Source: Octopus bimaculoides
Taxonomy: Eukaryota
Direction: 5' to 3'
Length of the DNA: 64,000 nt
NCBI RefSeq assembly: GCF_001194135.2
Contig: NC_069007.1
Location: 11,110,434 to 11,174,433, forward strand
Part shown: positions 1 through 11,984 of the stretch, one piece after another
Position numbering within the stretch: position 1 is the stretch's first letter
How the letters are laid out: the number at the start of each line of letters is the position of its first letter
Made by a program: the position numbers and the translations under genes
The notes under the pieces: model-generated
Seen by the model: the letters and a program-made list of their open reading frames with translations, nothing else
What the model was told of the DNA's origin: nothing
Databases searched by the model: none

Positions 1-139
1 TCTGCTTGGAACCGCTTGAATATTCCGGATGGTGCTCGAAAAATAAGGGGTGTTACCTTAGTTCACTGGTAGTGAACAGCTGACACCGTAGTACATCTCC
101 AGCGTTAGAAGCAGTGCAAACAATAAAATAATAATAATA
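1..139 (+). mobile_element. 3' end of an R4/Dong-like non-LTR retrotransposon (ORF terminus, 3' UTR, AAT tail)
   Basis: Frame from base 2 reads LLGTA*IFRMVLEK*, matching the C-terminal LLGTAxILRxVL motif (compare LLDTAHILRKTL at 52.2 kb); followed by a short UTR and aataataataatag. Confidence 0.65.
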
Positions 140-339
140 GTAAATCAATGCTAACAGATGACAATGTTTGTCTAAGAAAAATGGAAAGACTTTCAAAATG
201 CAAAGACCTGGAGATAGAGCTAACTCGAATGTGGAGTCTAAAAACAAAAACAATTCCTATCATAGTAGGTACATTAGGTATGATAAAAAAGCATTCAGAC
301 AAATGCATAACAAAAACATCAGGACTTACAAGTGTATAT
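140..339 (+). mobile_element. 5'-truncated R4/Dong-like LINE, restriction-like endonuclease (RLE) region
   Basis: ORF 148..357 KMERLSKCKDLEIELTRMWSLKTKTIPIIVGTLGMIKK; nucleotide sequence closely similar by eye to 52021..52200. Confidence 0.85.
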
Positions 340-629
340 AGGACCACTGCAACATGAGTGTAAATTTGAGAGGGGAATATGCTGAATAAAATCATAATTA
401 ACTGATCCTCATGTATTTTCTTTTACCCAAAGCCAGGAACATTCCAGTGCCTTTGTAAGTTCATTTGTTGCCCATGCAGTAAGCGTCCTTTCTTTGCATC
501 ATTGATGTAGTAAAGGAATAACAGATTGGCACTGGTGGTGTCGCAAATGACCACAAAACATGATGAGTCAGAACAAACACTACAAGTCACTTTGTTCAAT
601 GTTCTCTTAATTCTACCAATCCGCTGATC

Positions 630-775
630 TGAATTGGTACAAATAGGATGAAGGACTAAGTTGACTCTGGCAAGATTTGAACCCAGAATGTAAAAGTCCA
701 CAACTATTATAAATACCACTGGGTATTTTGTCTGATACTCTAACAATTCTGCCAATCTGCCACTAAACAAAAGCT
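630..775 (-). mobile_element. Decayed tRNA-derived SINE
   Basis: ggatgaaggactaagttgactctggcaagatttgaacccagaatg resembles the reverse complement of the SINE head seen at 35632 and 50797. Confidence 0.55.
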
Positions 776-805
776 CCTTGTTCTCTGTTTTGACTTCATT
801 GCTGT

Positions 806-957
806 CACTAGCGTAGCTGGGAAGATGGGGGGGGGTGAAGTCCACCCCGGGTGGCACTTTTGGATTTGCTGTATGCAATAAGTATTTTTTGTGGGGTCTA
901 GGTGGGCGAAAAACAGAAGGGCCGCCTTAGGCAGCACACATTCTAGCTACACTAGTG
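806..957. mobile_element. Small MITE-like element with 13-bp terminal inverted repeats
   Basis: cactagcgtagct at 806 and agctacactagtg ending at 957 are reverse complements with 1 mismatch; no clear TSD, superfamily not assigned. Confidence 0.55.
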
Positions 958-1644
958 ATTGCTGTTATTGTTGTTCTAGGTCAGCTTTTATGAAAATCAA
1001 GCAAACCTTTCATCAAAGGTTTTCCATCACAAACTTCATGACCTGATGAGGACACTGCATAATTGATTTCTTATATAGGCACATAGACTGAAATTTGGGG
1101 AGGAAAACTATCAGTCATATTGACTGGTACTTAATTTTATTGACCCTGTAATGATTGAAAGGCAAAGTTGACCTCAACAGGATTTGAAGACAGAACAAAA
1201 AGAGCTACATCAAATATTTCAACTAATGAGACTGTTAATTGACTTCAACTTCAACTCTTAATCACCTCTTCTACGTCCTGCCAAAGATGCTGGGGAATCT
1301 GTTCCAGAGTGTTCTTTCTTAGAATCACTTTATGAAAACCCAGTGTTTAGTAGTGTTAAGAGGCTTCCCACTTAATGTAATCTTTATGATGATAGGCAGT
1401 GTTCTTGAATTGTTTACAATACCTTGGAGCCTGGTGGTCACAAGGTGAATGAAACACTTAACCCGTGGGTTGCTGTGGTGGGCGGTTGTGCATTAAGATA
1501 TTTAGATATTGTCAAACACCTTGTTTGAATACAAGTAACAGAGTGGACTCTACTTGAGGCAACATAGAGGCCAGATAATGGTGTTAAAACAGGATCCAAG
1601 TCTTCCAACTAAGAGCAAGTAAAAAACCCTTCTGATGGGCTTCC

Positions 1645-1780
1645 ACACAATTTCTATCAACTAATTTCAGTCACAGTTCTTGGGTCAACCCAAAGGTGTG
1701 GTTGAATACACTTGCCTGACATGTCACCATGTAGTGTTACTGAACGTGGAGTCACATGGTTGTTCTTAAACACATGATGA
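1645..1780 (-). mobile_element. Decayed tRNA-derived SINE head
   Basis: Similar to the better-preserved copies at 39960..40090 and 41145..41290 (cacttgcc...ccatgtgg pattern). Confidence 0.5.
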
Positions 1781-2304
1781 TATATGCACATCTGCATAAA
1801 ATGATTACTATTACTAAAAGAAAATGGAATTATTTCATGAGAGGACTTAGCAATTCTCCTGTGGGATGTAGCAGAATCGCTATGAATAGTGAAAATCTGT
1901 GTTTGAAGCAAAGAAATTGAATTTATCTTTTCTTGACTGTAATAGAGAATTGGCTGTTACAATTTCAATTAACTCCATGGTGGCTTGGTAGAATTGTTAG
2001 ACTATCAAACAAAATAACACAGTATTATTTATGGTGCTTTACTTTCTGAGTTCAAATCACACCAAGATTGACTTTGCTCCCTTCCTTCTTGGGCCACTCA
2101 AGTTCTTGGGTGAATTTCTATTGCTTAAAGCATTTCTAGACTTGAATAGAATTATGATAAAACAAACCTGTCCTCTGGAAATGTTGAGTTTTATACAGCT
2201 TTTGTAAAAGCATAGCAACAAGAGTCCAATATGATTAATTTTTCACACTCTTAACCTGACCTTCAAAGAACCTGTAATACAGGCAATGGATTGAAAGTCA
2301 TTAC

Positions 2305-2520
2305 ATCATCGTCATCATCATCATTATCGTCATTGTTGTCATCATCATCATTTAATGTCCGCTGTACATGCTGGCATGGGTTGGATGGTTTTACCAGAAC
2401 TAGCTAGCTGGGGAACTGCACCAGACTCTGGTCTGATTTGGCATGGTTTCTATGACTGGATGCCCTTCCTAATGCCAACAACTTTACAGAATGTGCTGGG
2501 TGCTTTTGTATGGCACTAGA
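2305..2520 (-). mobile_element. RTE-type 3' tail (SINE or LINE end) with (GAT)n terminus
   Basis: catcatcatttaatgtccgctgtacatgctggcatgggttgg...ggatgcccttcctaatgcc; the same tail occurs at 44772, 45700 and 62730. Confidence 0.7.
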
Positions 2521-2524
2521 CGGG

Positions 2525-4445
2525 TGATAATTTACTCTCCATTGTATGGTTGGATCTTGCCAAAACACACCCAAGCAGGCCCCACCATTTACTCCAAAAT
2601 GCATTGGAGTGCTACCAAGTACAAACAGAAGTAGTCAGACTCATAATGTCTCACAAAGATTTGCTGAGGATGAGGTTCACTGCAAGACATTTCACCACTA
2701 AAAAGGTATTATGGCAGGGTGCACAGTGTCTCTGGTGTTATTTGTGGTGGCAATGAACCTACAGCTTGAGGAAGCAATTGAGAAGTCCTGAAACTGACTG
2801 AAACATGGAAAATCCATTTTTCAGGGTATTTAGGGGTGACACAACAGTTACATAATCAATTGGAGGACCACAGTGGACACTAAGTTTGCTGGAAAATATG
2901 CCCAATGAAATCTCAGAACCTGATTATCCTGAAAATAAAGCTTACAAAAGACATCATCAGTATTCAGCGCTGACAATCCAAGAAAAAGAAGTCTGTTGCC
3001 TTATAATCATACCCTTAAGGATATTGGTAATGCTGAAAAACACTAAAACCCAAATAGACAAGTGGATGAGGACAGTTGATAAAAGCCTGCTTCTTGGAAG
3101 GTTCTTCCAGTATGACATCATACCCACACCATAGTGGTTAGTTTTGCTCTACAACTTTGCCATGACTTAGCTGTACAGTAAATTCATGTGAAGTTGCCTG
3201 GGCTCTCCCAAATTTCAGCTCAGTCTATCTGTACAGCAAATTCCACCTACCATTTTCATCAGTGGTGGAAGAATTCAAAGCCAAAGGCAAAAGCTATCAG
3301 CACATTGCTTCTGTCTGAGGATGAGATGTCAGACACACCAAAAAGACCATTATGTGTGGCAGAAAATGGCAGAAGCCTCAGGGAGCTGTGAAGGATGTGG
3401 AGACATACTGGAAGCCCAGGAGATTGTTGGAGTAGTCTGTCAATGATGGCTAGGCCATGGCAAGTACAGCACAAAGAGGTGGGAAAACACCAATACCAGG
3501 AGCAAGAGAGAGCTCATAGGACAAAAGTTCCATGACTCAACAGAGGAGGGTTGCTAGGTGAAGGCAGTGGGGTTTTTTTGCCAGAAACAATGGATACAGT
3601 GGGAACAGGCATTCAAGCATCCACAGGGAAGACTGTCCTTTCTCCTCTGTATTATTGCTGACCTCTTACCAACTCCAAATAGCCTTAAAATATGGGGCAA
3701 AGAAAACGACCCCATCCTACAAGCAGTGTGAAGTAAATTCTTTGCACTCTGAACCATATTTTGACCAGGTGCCCCCGTGGAGACATGACAAGGTCCTTGC
3801 AGAAATTACTTAGTGGATTGATCTGTAAAGGTTGAAGGCTAATAAACACCAGCCATAACCAACAAAGAGTATCAAATTCCCAAAAGAAAGTGACTAAGCT
3901 TCTAAGATAAAAGCAATGCCAGGGCATCCATTTTCTATATTGCTTTCAGCCTCAGACCAGGAAGAAGAGCAGGCTTGTCTTCCCAATGGAGCTAAAAGGG
4001 ACATCATTCTGACCAGGCATGTTCCTGCTCTCCAGGAGTACAAAAGCAATCACTGTGGTTGAACCTACAGTGCCCTGAGAGGACAAACTCAATATTTGCC
4101 ACCGGGTAAAGAAAAGCAAATATCAAAACTTAGTTGATGAGGTCCTTGTCAAGGGATGGCATGCAGCCTCATTCATGATTGAATTCAGCTGTTGTAGCTT
4201 TCCAGCTGGATCAGTGCACTATTTTCTGCAGAAGATAAGTTTGGAATGCAGACAACTGAAGAAAGCCATCAAGGTATGACTGCTGAAACTAGCTCAAGGT
4301 GGTTATGGTTGAGGAGACCGGTTCAGTGAAGACCGGTTCAGTCCTTGTCAGTCCTTGTTACCCAACTCGGGCTAAAGGGCAAAATATTTGTGGTCCTGAG
4401 ATACCTGTTGATAATAATGAAGGGTTTCCAGCAATATGATGAATT
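2525..4445 (+). mobile_element. HERO-like (RLE-clade) non-LTR retrotransposon, decayed, RT through endonuclease C-terminus
   Basis: Frameshifted translation: IVWLDLAKTHPSRPH (RT), WMRTVDKSLLLGRF, LPFSSVVEEFKAK, DLLPTPNSLKIWG, HILTRCP (zinc-knuckle remnant), KGWHAASFMIEFSC..FPA and terminal AETSSRWLWLRR, which follows the HERO-type C-terminus. Confidence 0.8.
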
Positions 4446-4644
4446 TAAAAGAGCTTGCAAAACCTCTGAGTAGCTCCTGCAGTTTCTGTGGGTGGGTGGG
4501 GGGAAGCATATCTGATGTTTATCTCACCGTTTATTTCATCTGTGACACTCACAGGGTTTATGACTGACCCCAGTACCTTGTCAGGGTTTGGAATGGTCAA
4601 GATAGTTACCAAGGAATAACAAGAAACCGGCTGAGCAATCAGTT

Positions 4645-4925
4645 GCAAATTAACCAATCAGCCCAAGGTGGACGTATATGCCAAAATTGAAACAGAAAGG
4701 TTGGATAAGGAACCCAGTCAAGTCAAAGATAGATAACTACATTCACCTTCGTGATGCCATCCCTTCTAACTTTGTTCCAAGAATAATTAGTTAGCCAGTC
4801 ATTCTACCATCAAGCTTCATAGGATGACTTTGTTAATGCACAAATAAATTAAACATGCAAAGGTTTATGCCTGAAATTTTGGTCTGCCAGATTCCTTTAT
4901 ATTCCCCTGTAACCTTACGTAGACA
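4645..4925 (+). mobile_element. Helitron RepHel fragment (N-terminal Rep region)
   Basis: VDVYAKIETERLD, DNYIHLRDAI, PVILPSSFIG and FGLPDSFIFPCN occur in order with frameshifts, matching the Helitron VDxYxKIExxRL..ILPSSFxG..YGxPDLFITFTCNP pattern. Confidence 0.8.
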
Positions 4926-6344
4926 GGAATCTCTGATAAAGTTTTCCAATATCAGATTGACAGGATTTCTTTGATCAAATGTTCCACAAGAAACAATGAA
5001 ATCTCCTCTGGCTCTTAAAAGGCAGAAGAATTTTCACTGATCTTAGTGTGGATGAGTAATATTGAATGGCATAAGAAAGGACTTTTTCATTCTCACACAC
5101 AACAAAATAAGACTATATGATACTGAAAAGTTCATTTCAGTTGAGCTGACTAATATAGATAAGCTAGAGCTATATGAAACCATCAGATCTTAACTCATCC
5201 ATGGGAAATCATCAATCCTGCTGCCTCCTGTACGCAGGATCAAAAAATTCACCAAAAGATATTCTCAAACCAACAACAATGGATGCTTTCTTTGTTGAAG
5301 GCATACACTTGCGAATCAACAACCCTAGCAGAGAGGGGGGGAGTGGGGAGCGAAAGAAAGAGAGAGATTCAAAAGATAATATTGTGAAGGGCTTTTGATT
5401 CTTGAAAATGTTATCGTTCAGTGTCTCCTCTCCAAACACACACACACACACACGCAATGCCAGCAAGACACAATGTACCAACACAGCAGTTGAGAAATTG
5501 CTAAAACTGAAATGCAGTTGTGTTTTTTTAATCCCAAACACACACACTTTCATTAAATTATTAAACGTAGTTACAATATGTTTAATAAATAGCGTTGCAA
5601 AAATAGACCTCGGTTAAACAACAGGAAGCTCAGTAGCCAAGGAGAACGAAAGATCAAGTTGTCTAATTAATTAGTTTGGGATTTTGTTAAAGCAATCATC
5701 AGGATTTGATTACTTTACCTTAGTTCCTCAGAAACTATTTCATGAATAATGCAAATTTGATCATATTAGGCTAGACTATATTTCCATAGTAGTACAAAGG
5801 TGGTTGTCTGTATTAATTAACTGAGCCATCAGTACACTGTATATGAAATTAAATTTTCACAGCAAAGCTAAAAATATTAAACACACAACCACAACTTTAT
5901 TTAAGAATTTAATCTCGTCTAAACTAGTGTCCTCGACTACAGCTGAAGTTGAATCGAAGAAGCTCGACATGTGTGTGTGCTTTTATAATTCCCTTTGTTT
6001 CTCATTATGCGAGTAAACGACATCATTTGTTTGAAAACTTTATCTGTTATTTCGTACAGATGGTGTCGTTTGTTCGTAGGTACAATAGCTTTCCTAGTCT
6101 ATTTACTAACTTTCTCTCCCATCTACTGCATGTCTAATGCTAATTCTTCACTAAAAGTAGGTGAATCTATTATTTCCATTTTGACTTAACATCTATCGTG
6201 ATTTATTAGGAATCATAAATAACACTGTGTAACATAATTTTTGTCCTTGGGTCCTTGTTATTTCCTATTTACTTACCTCTAGAAAGTATGAAAAATAGCT
6301 AATATTTCCTTCAAACTTTGCTTTTGTTACATTTATTCAAACCC

Positions 6345-6490
6345 CGGTCATGATACTCTCCAGCTACTCCTGTTCATCATCAGAGATGCATGTGTTGTCA
6401 GCCACCAAGGGACATGCTCAAGTGGTTACGGTCAAACAATTGACAAGCAAAGCTGTGGCACTGAGCAGAATATTTGCTATAATGATATTT
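6345..6490 (-). repeat. Fragment of the unclassified interspersed repeat seen at 50230..50755
   Basis: gggacatgctcaagtggttacggtcaaacaattgacaagcaaagctgtggc is the reverse complement of 50320..50375. Confidence 0.7.
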
Positions 6491-8336
6491 CTGCTTCAGT
6501 AACTCAGCACTGAAATGTAATGGAAGTTGTCATTTCTTTTGATTTTTAGTTAAAAGCAAATAAGAAATAACACTTATTGACAAATGACAAAAAGAAACAA
6601 AAATGAAAAAAGTGAAAATTTTGTTACACGATGTAATAATTGTCCCATGGAAACAAGTGACGCAACTCCATGGGGGCCTTTTGTGACATAGTGGGTGATA
6701 CACTGGAAGTGAAAATGGAAGTGTGGAAAATTGAAGGGAGATACCAAAACAAGAAGCGATGGAGGAAAGATGACATCAGAACGGAATCAATGAGGAAATG
6801 ACGTCATGTCAAGAAGCGAGGTGCTTGATCAGTGTCTTTCTTTGTCGGACATCTGATGTGAACGACTGCGTGGGGCGAATTCAATGGGACAGTAGACCAT
6901 GGCTAGAATTTTGGGTAGTGTAGGCGTTTAGGTTCGTGCAACAAGTTCTTCTGATCCTGGAGGAGCATAGCTTTCCTCCCTGTCTGAAGTTCGTCTCAAG
7001 GGAAAAGCAGTGCATGAAGCGCCGAAAGTGAGAGACGTGCCATCATGTGACAAAGCGGGTTGATTTAAAGGCTTTTTTGGGGTTTTTAGATGAGCAGCCA
7101 GTGAGAATGGACATGCGGTGAGGGTGCTTCAGCATTCCAGCATTTGGTTAACGGTTTAGGATAATGAGTTGATCTTTTCTGCTAGTCACTTTTCAATTTC
7201 TTCAATTTTTGTTCCAATTGATTTCATATTTGGTGTATTGATGTAGTTTTGTAAGGTAATCATTGACAGGAAATTCATTTTCGACATAAATCAATAAATA
7301 AAGAACTAATAGCTTCTAAAGTTTGCAAATTTGGGGTAATTTTAACCAATTGAAAAGCACAGACACAGGTATCTGTTTCCATAGTAACAAGCCAAGCTGT
7401 TACAAAGCTGCTTTCCACGTGTTCCTTTTTTTTTGTCGCTTATTAAATACTTAAAACACATGAGATATAAGGTGATCATCAGATGTGTTAAAAATAGCTA
7501 AAGAGGCCTTAAATCACACACCCCCAATTTTTTTCCTTTTTGCATAATCGTATGAATTCCTGTGTATAGAATACAAATTCGCAAAACTTTTCTGAAAATT
7601 GCGAAAAATAAAAAAAGTTACGAAAGGTTATATGGCATGCGTAAAGCAGAATTCGTCGTCTTTTTTGTACAGACTTTTTGTCCTTCACACCTTATCTTAC
7701 AACAGTGGAAATAATTAATTGACAATTGCCATTCCTTATCCATGCTATTCTGATGTAGACAAAACTGATGGACTCATGAGACCTCTTGAGACTCCAGTCA
7801 ACCAATGTAGTGACAGCTAGTTGGAATGTAATGGAAGAATCAGGTACAGTTTAACGTTGTACTCAAGTTCTTGATGAAATACCTATAACAAAGCGACCAA
7901 GGTGATTGGAAATATCAAACTATTTAGGCTACCATTCATCATTACAGTTGGAGGGAGTATACGACACATTTCTACTGACACATTTTTTTCCTGCCTTTGA
8001 ACTTCTTCCCTATAATCTTGGTAAAGAACATTAGAGAAGTTGTTAACGTTTATCCAAAATACTAACTTGAATCTCTCGAGGGAAGAGGTATCTCAAGGTC
8101 GCTTTTACTAGTCGACATCAAAAAGTGTCTTGCTCTATTATGAAAAAGTGGAACTATTTTTAGCACTGATATACTGCCAGAAAGATCCCGGTATATTATC
8201 AATAATTATTTGATTGACTCTTCGTTCGAAAACTATGCAAGGCGGAGTATGACTTGGCAGGATTTGAACACAGAATGTGTGAGGGCGGCAATAATAACAG
8301 AAGCTTGGTTCAGACTGGAAAAGGTTAGTGTTCAAA

Positions 8337-8765
8337 GCTGAGGTGCAAGGGTTTTTGATGGTAGCACAAGATCAAAGCTTTCCTGTCAGCATTTACTAAA
8401 TACATACAGTGTAGTGGAGTATAAAACTGTAGAAGTTGTGAAAAGCCTGTGAAGAAGCAATGAATCATATTATTTCTGACAGGCTGGTCTTACAAAAAGG
8501 AGAGCAGATAAACAGACATGACAAAGTTGGATGTTTCAAACACTGGAAACTATGACAGCATTATGCGATACACGGAGAAAAAAGTCGATACAAATACACA
8601 TCACAAAAGGTCTAAGAGCCTGACAAAGTAACTATAGAAACTCTGGGACTGTGAGATTAAGACATCGTAAGATGACTAAGGGGGTGGAGAAGTCTCCTAA
8701 TCAATGTATCAATTGCAACAGACGACGAAACTATATCTGTGAAAGAAATGGAGAACCATCTAAAT
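8337..8765 (+). mobile_element. Decayed R4/Dong-like LINE C-terminal region (CCHC knuckle plus RLE start)
   Basis: EVQGFLMVAQDQS..NCRSC..MNHIIS..RHDKVG..HWKL..LWDCEIK..LLINVSIATDDETISVKEME. Confidence 0.7.
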
Positions 8766-8859
8766 AGAAACACCTAAAAATAGATATATGAAAAAATGTG
8801 AAGATTGAAAACAGAAAGACTCCTCAGAATAATAGCTGCCTGGAATGATAAAAACGACC

Positions 8860-8951
8860 TGTAGATAAATATATAACGAAAACCACAGAATTGTGGATAA
8901 ATATATAACGAAAACCGCAGAATTGTAGATAAATTTATTACGAAAATCACG
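8860..8951. repeat. Minisatellite, 32-bp unit, about 3 copies
   Basis: tgtagataaatatataacgaaaaccacagaat repeated at 8860, 8892 and 8924. Confidence 0.85.
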
Positions 8952-10059
8952 TAACTTGCATATATGCAACAGAAGATAGCAGTACCAAACACTGTAAACA
9001 TATTATGTCGAGTATTTCGGTATTTGCAGTTCATTTAACGATAACATAATTAGATACTGAACTCACTCTGAAGAGTTGTACTACTGGACTTGGACTACAA
9101 ACGGAAAATAGCATTACTAGACACTTCGCTCAATTTCACTGATATATTACATGGAGTTATCTTAATATGATAGACACTGCACAGGAAACCCAGAGAAAAG
9201 GGGGAAAATAAAGCACAAGTAAAAGATATAGGATAATAATGATGACCATGATAACAATAAAAGATTAAAAGTTAAATAAAAAACATGAATAACCAATTCT
9301 TTTTTTTCAAATTGGTTAAACGAATAAAATATAAGTATTTCTAAAGTTATATGTGTATCTGAAAGTAATGTGTAAGAACTCCGCGTTAATTAGAATGAAT
9401 AAAATCCCTGACAGGTGATGGAAGAAAGTATGTGAAGGTATGAGTAATAGATGATTAGTAACTAATAGCTACTAATTATCTATGTGGTTGTGACTTCTTA
9501 TTTAATAGGAGTTACACAAGAGCCGTAAAATAACAAAAATGTAATATGAATAAGAGTAAAATGTCATATGTAACGCTTCCTACTTCGAAAAGAAACGTGT
9601 TTCATTATTTTGACGTGTGTATGAAGAGCCGTGGTGTGACTGAAGTCGCTGATCTTATTGGGTTATTCACCTGCATATCCCTATGAAGTGCACCTCCAGT
9701 TTCTCGGATATCAACAGTCTAGCAGTTTCAAGTATTACGAAACACTCACGTCTTAGATATATTTAGGAAGAACTTAATAGGAATCAAAGTTTGGGACTTA
9801 AACGTAATTATTAACTCCAATTTAACTGTAGTCAAATTTTGGGGCATTGCTTTAGGCATCAAAACAGGTAAGTATTATTCTCTGCAGAATGCTCAATGAA
9901 GAAGCCAAGTGAATTCATCAGAATTCCAACCGTCCCATCTACAGTTAGAAACTCAATAATCAGAATTAATAGAAAAATCTACAATTTATTCTAAGAAATA
10001 TCTCTGGAAAGTAATGATTTATTAGAAAGGATTAGCTTTTGTTAGCAGTAAATGTACAC

Positions 10060-10260
10060 AAAGTATCTCCTAGACACCCCCAGAGCAAGTTAGAATTAAG
10101 AATAACTTGGTTCAATCCTCCATTTGACATAGATTTCTTTACGAGCCTAGCAACAAACATTTCATCTATTATTAAACACAATTTCCCAAGCACTCATGCA
10201 TACAACACGCTTTTTAATGCGCTCAAGTTTGAGGGTTGTTATTTCTATTTAGACAATATT
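10060..10260 (+). mobile_element. Penelope-like element fragment (RT C-terminal linker)
   Basis: RITWFNPPF..SIIKHNFPSTHAYNTLFN matches the IIWFNPPF..LIDKHFP..HKLHKIFN linker of GIY-YIG retroelements. Confidence 0.65.
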
Positions 10261-10431
10261 GCTTTCGGCAAAAAAAATGCATGTATCTATGCAGCCCCTA
10301 ACCTTGACATTCACTCGAATGTAGAGAATTCAATGCACTTCTCCACTGAGAGAATTCTGTCTTTCCAAACTAGTGTTGGTGAGGAACGATACAAGACTTA
10401 ACCAACGACTAAAATAAGTTTACTCAGCATA

Positions 10432-10600
10432 TACGTAGTCTGATCAATAAATATCCGGACTGTTGATATAATAAAGAAGCTAAAGCACGCAGAGTAAAGC
10501 CGCTTGACACAGATTGACCTTCAGCTCTGCTGTGCATGCGCACAAAGTTTTAACGTTCTAGCTCACTTCCGCTGTTTACAGCAGTGCTTGGAAGAAATAT
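10432..10600. mobile_element. Mariner-derived non-autonomous repeat fragment
   Basis: Begins tacgtagtctgatcaataaatatccggact (mariner-like terminus after TA); internal part recurs at 49575..49678. Confidence 0.5.
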
Positions 10601-11044
10601 GGAATAAAACTCGCTACTGAATTTCTCATAAAAAACCTCTATTTTACGTTTAGATAATATATTACCTAGAATACTCAGTGGAGAAATCAAAGCATATTTA
10701 ACAGACTATTATAACATTACAGAAACCATGGCACTAACATATACACCTCTACAAATCTAGAAGCTAGTTATTGACAACACTTTTAAGATAGACAACAGAG
10801 GAGAATATCTAACCCATGCATATTATTTAAAGACCACAAAAATATTTGTCTTGTAATTTTAAATCCAGGTTAATTTAAAATCCAAGTAAAATCAGCAGGT
10901 ATAACGTATACCTATGACACTTAAAATATAAATTCTTGATATGTGTGGGGTTTTTTTTTTTTTATAGAAGAGGTATAACAATTTTAGAATGGTCTTAATG
11001 TATTAGCGACAAGCAATATTATAAATTTTTGTCTATCTGGTTTA

Positions 11045-11467
11045 CAAGATTCTTTATGTGAATTTGTGTGTTGAAGCATATTTTTTTGTGTCTGAGGAGA
11101 GTCATTTTGTATTATCATCTAACACACTTACCGATTCTATTTCCACTCAAGTTATATATATTCCAGAATTTTCGTTGCCGCAAGATTCTTTGTGAATTCG
11201 TGTGTTGAAGCATATTTTGTTGTGTTTGGGGAGAATCATTTTGTTTGTCTTTACGTCTTATCAACTAACACACTCACCGGCTCTATTTCCACTCAAGTTA
11301 TATATATATATATGTATTCCAGAATTTTCGTTACCGCAAGATTCTTTATATGAATTCGTGTGCTGAAGCAACGAAAATTCTGGAAAAAAAATATATATGT
11401 AAATAGGTTGAGTGGAATTTAAACCGGTGAGTGTGTTAGCTAATAAGGCGTAAAGACAAAATGACTC
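11045..11467. repeat. Tandem repeat (136-156-bp units, about 2.3 copies) followed by an inverted copy
   Basis: caagattcttt..gtgtgttgaagc starts at 11045, 11181 and 11337; 11370..11467 is the reverse complement of about 11231..11332. Confidence 0.8.
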
Positions 11468-11805
11468 AGTCTGGTATCGATTTTCTCCCGTCTCTATTTA
11501 AATCTCTTCTTCTAAAAGCTTTAGCCATCACTAGTGCCATCTTACTAATCAGCGACTCTGAGACTAAAATACGCAAGTGTTGCGCCAACAAAAACAGGGA
11601 AGCAGCTCCAGTGTTAGATGCCCGACTATCTATGGAATTTTCCAGCAGAGAAGAGGTATAAAGGATACTTAAAATTGGCTGTGGAAACCGTCCTGTAGCA
11701 TACACTCGAGTGAAATTCCTCCCCACTTTATTATATATATGAGAATACGAATGTAGCTGATAACAGCTAACTTTTGGCCGCTATTTGGACCCGTTGTGTC
11801 CACTA

Positions 11806-11900
11806 CTCTGATTGGTTGGTATTGGCGCAATTTGTCTCTTACTCTATCGTGCCATTATGCAGCGTATAACCAATCAGAGCCCCTAAATAAGATCACGTGA
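11806..11900. promoter_or_regulatory. Promoter-like motif cluster: inverted CCAAT boxes and an E-box
   Basis: ctctgattggtt (11806) and aaccaatcagag (11868) are exact reverse complements; extra ATTGG near 11821; TCACGTGA at 11893. Could belong to the adjacent LTR. Confidence 0.35.
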
Positions 11901-11984
11901 GACAGCTTGTTCATAATCCAATTTGAGCCTACTACAACATCCATTCGATAGAACACTCGTAAAAGGCTGAAGACCACATATATG

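Noticed and set aside
423-878. 151-aa minus-strand ORF
   Set aside because: Its first two thirds cross a MITE and a SINE remnant. The remaining roughly 50 codons match nothing I recognise; an exon there is possible but unsupported.
1262-1620. Coding-like stretch with scattered stops
   Set aside because: The minus strand has weak echoes of a LINE RT C-terminus (TLWNRFPS), but too decayed to assign or to call a novel gene.
6700-7140. GC-richer segment suspected of being a Penelope endonuclease end
   Set aside because: No GIY-YIG motif could be read in any frame.
9068-9108. Hammerhead-like CTGAAGAG..stem..GAAA
   Set aside because: There is an extra base before GAAA, and no stems I or III could be formed.
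11469-11520. EF-hand-like AFRRRDLNRDGRKSIPD on the minus strand
   Set aside because: Loop position 8 is Lys instead of a hydrophobic residue, there is no exiting helix or paired hand, and it ends at a repeat boundary.
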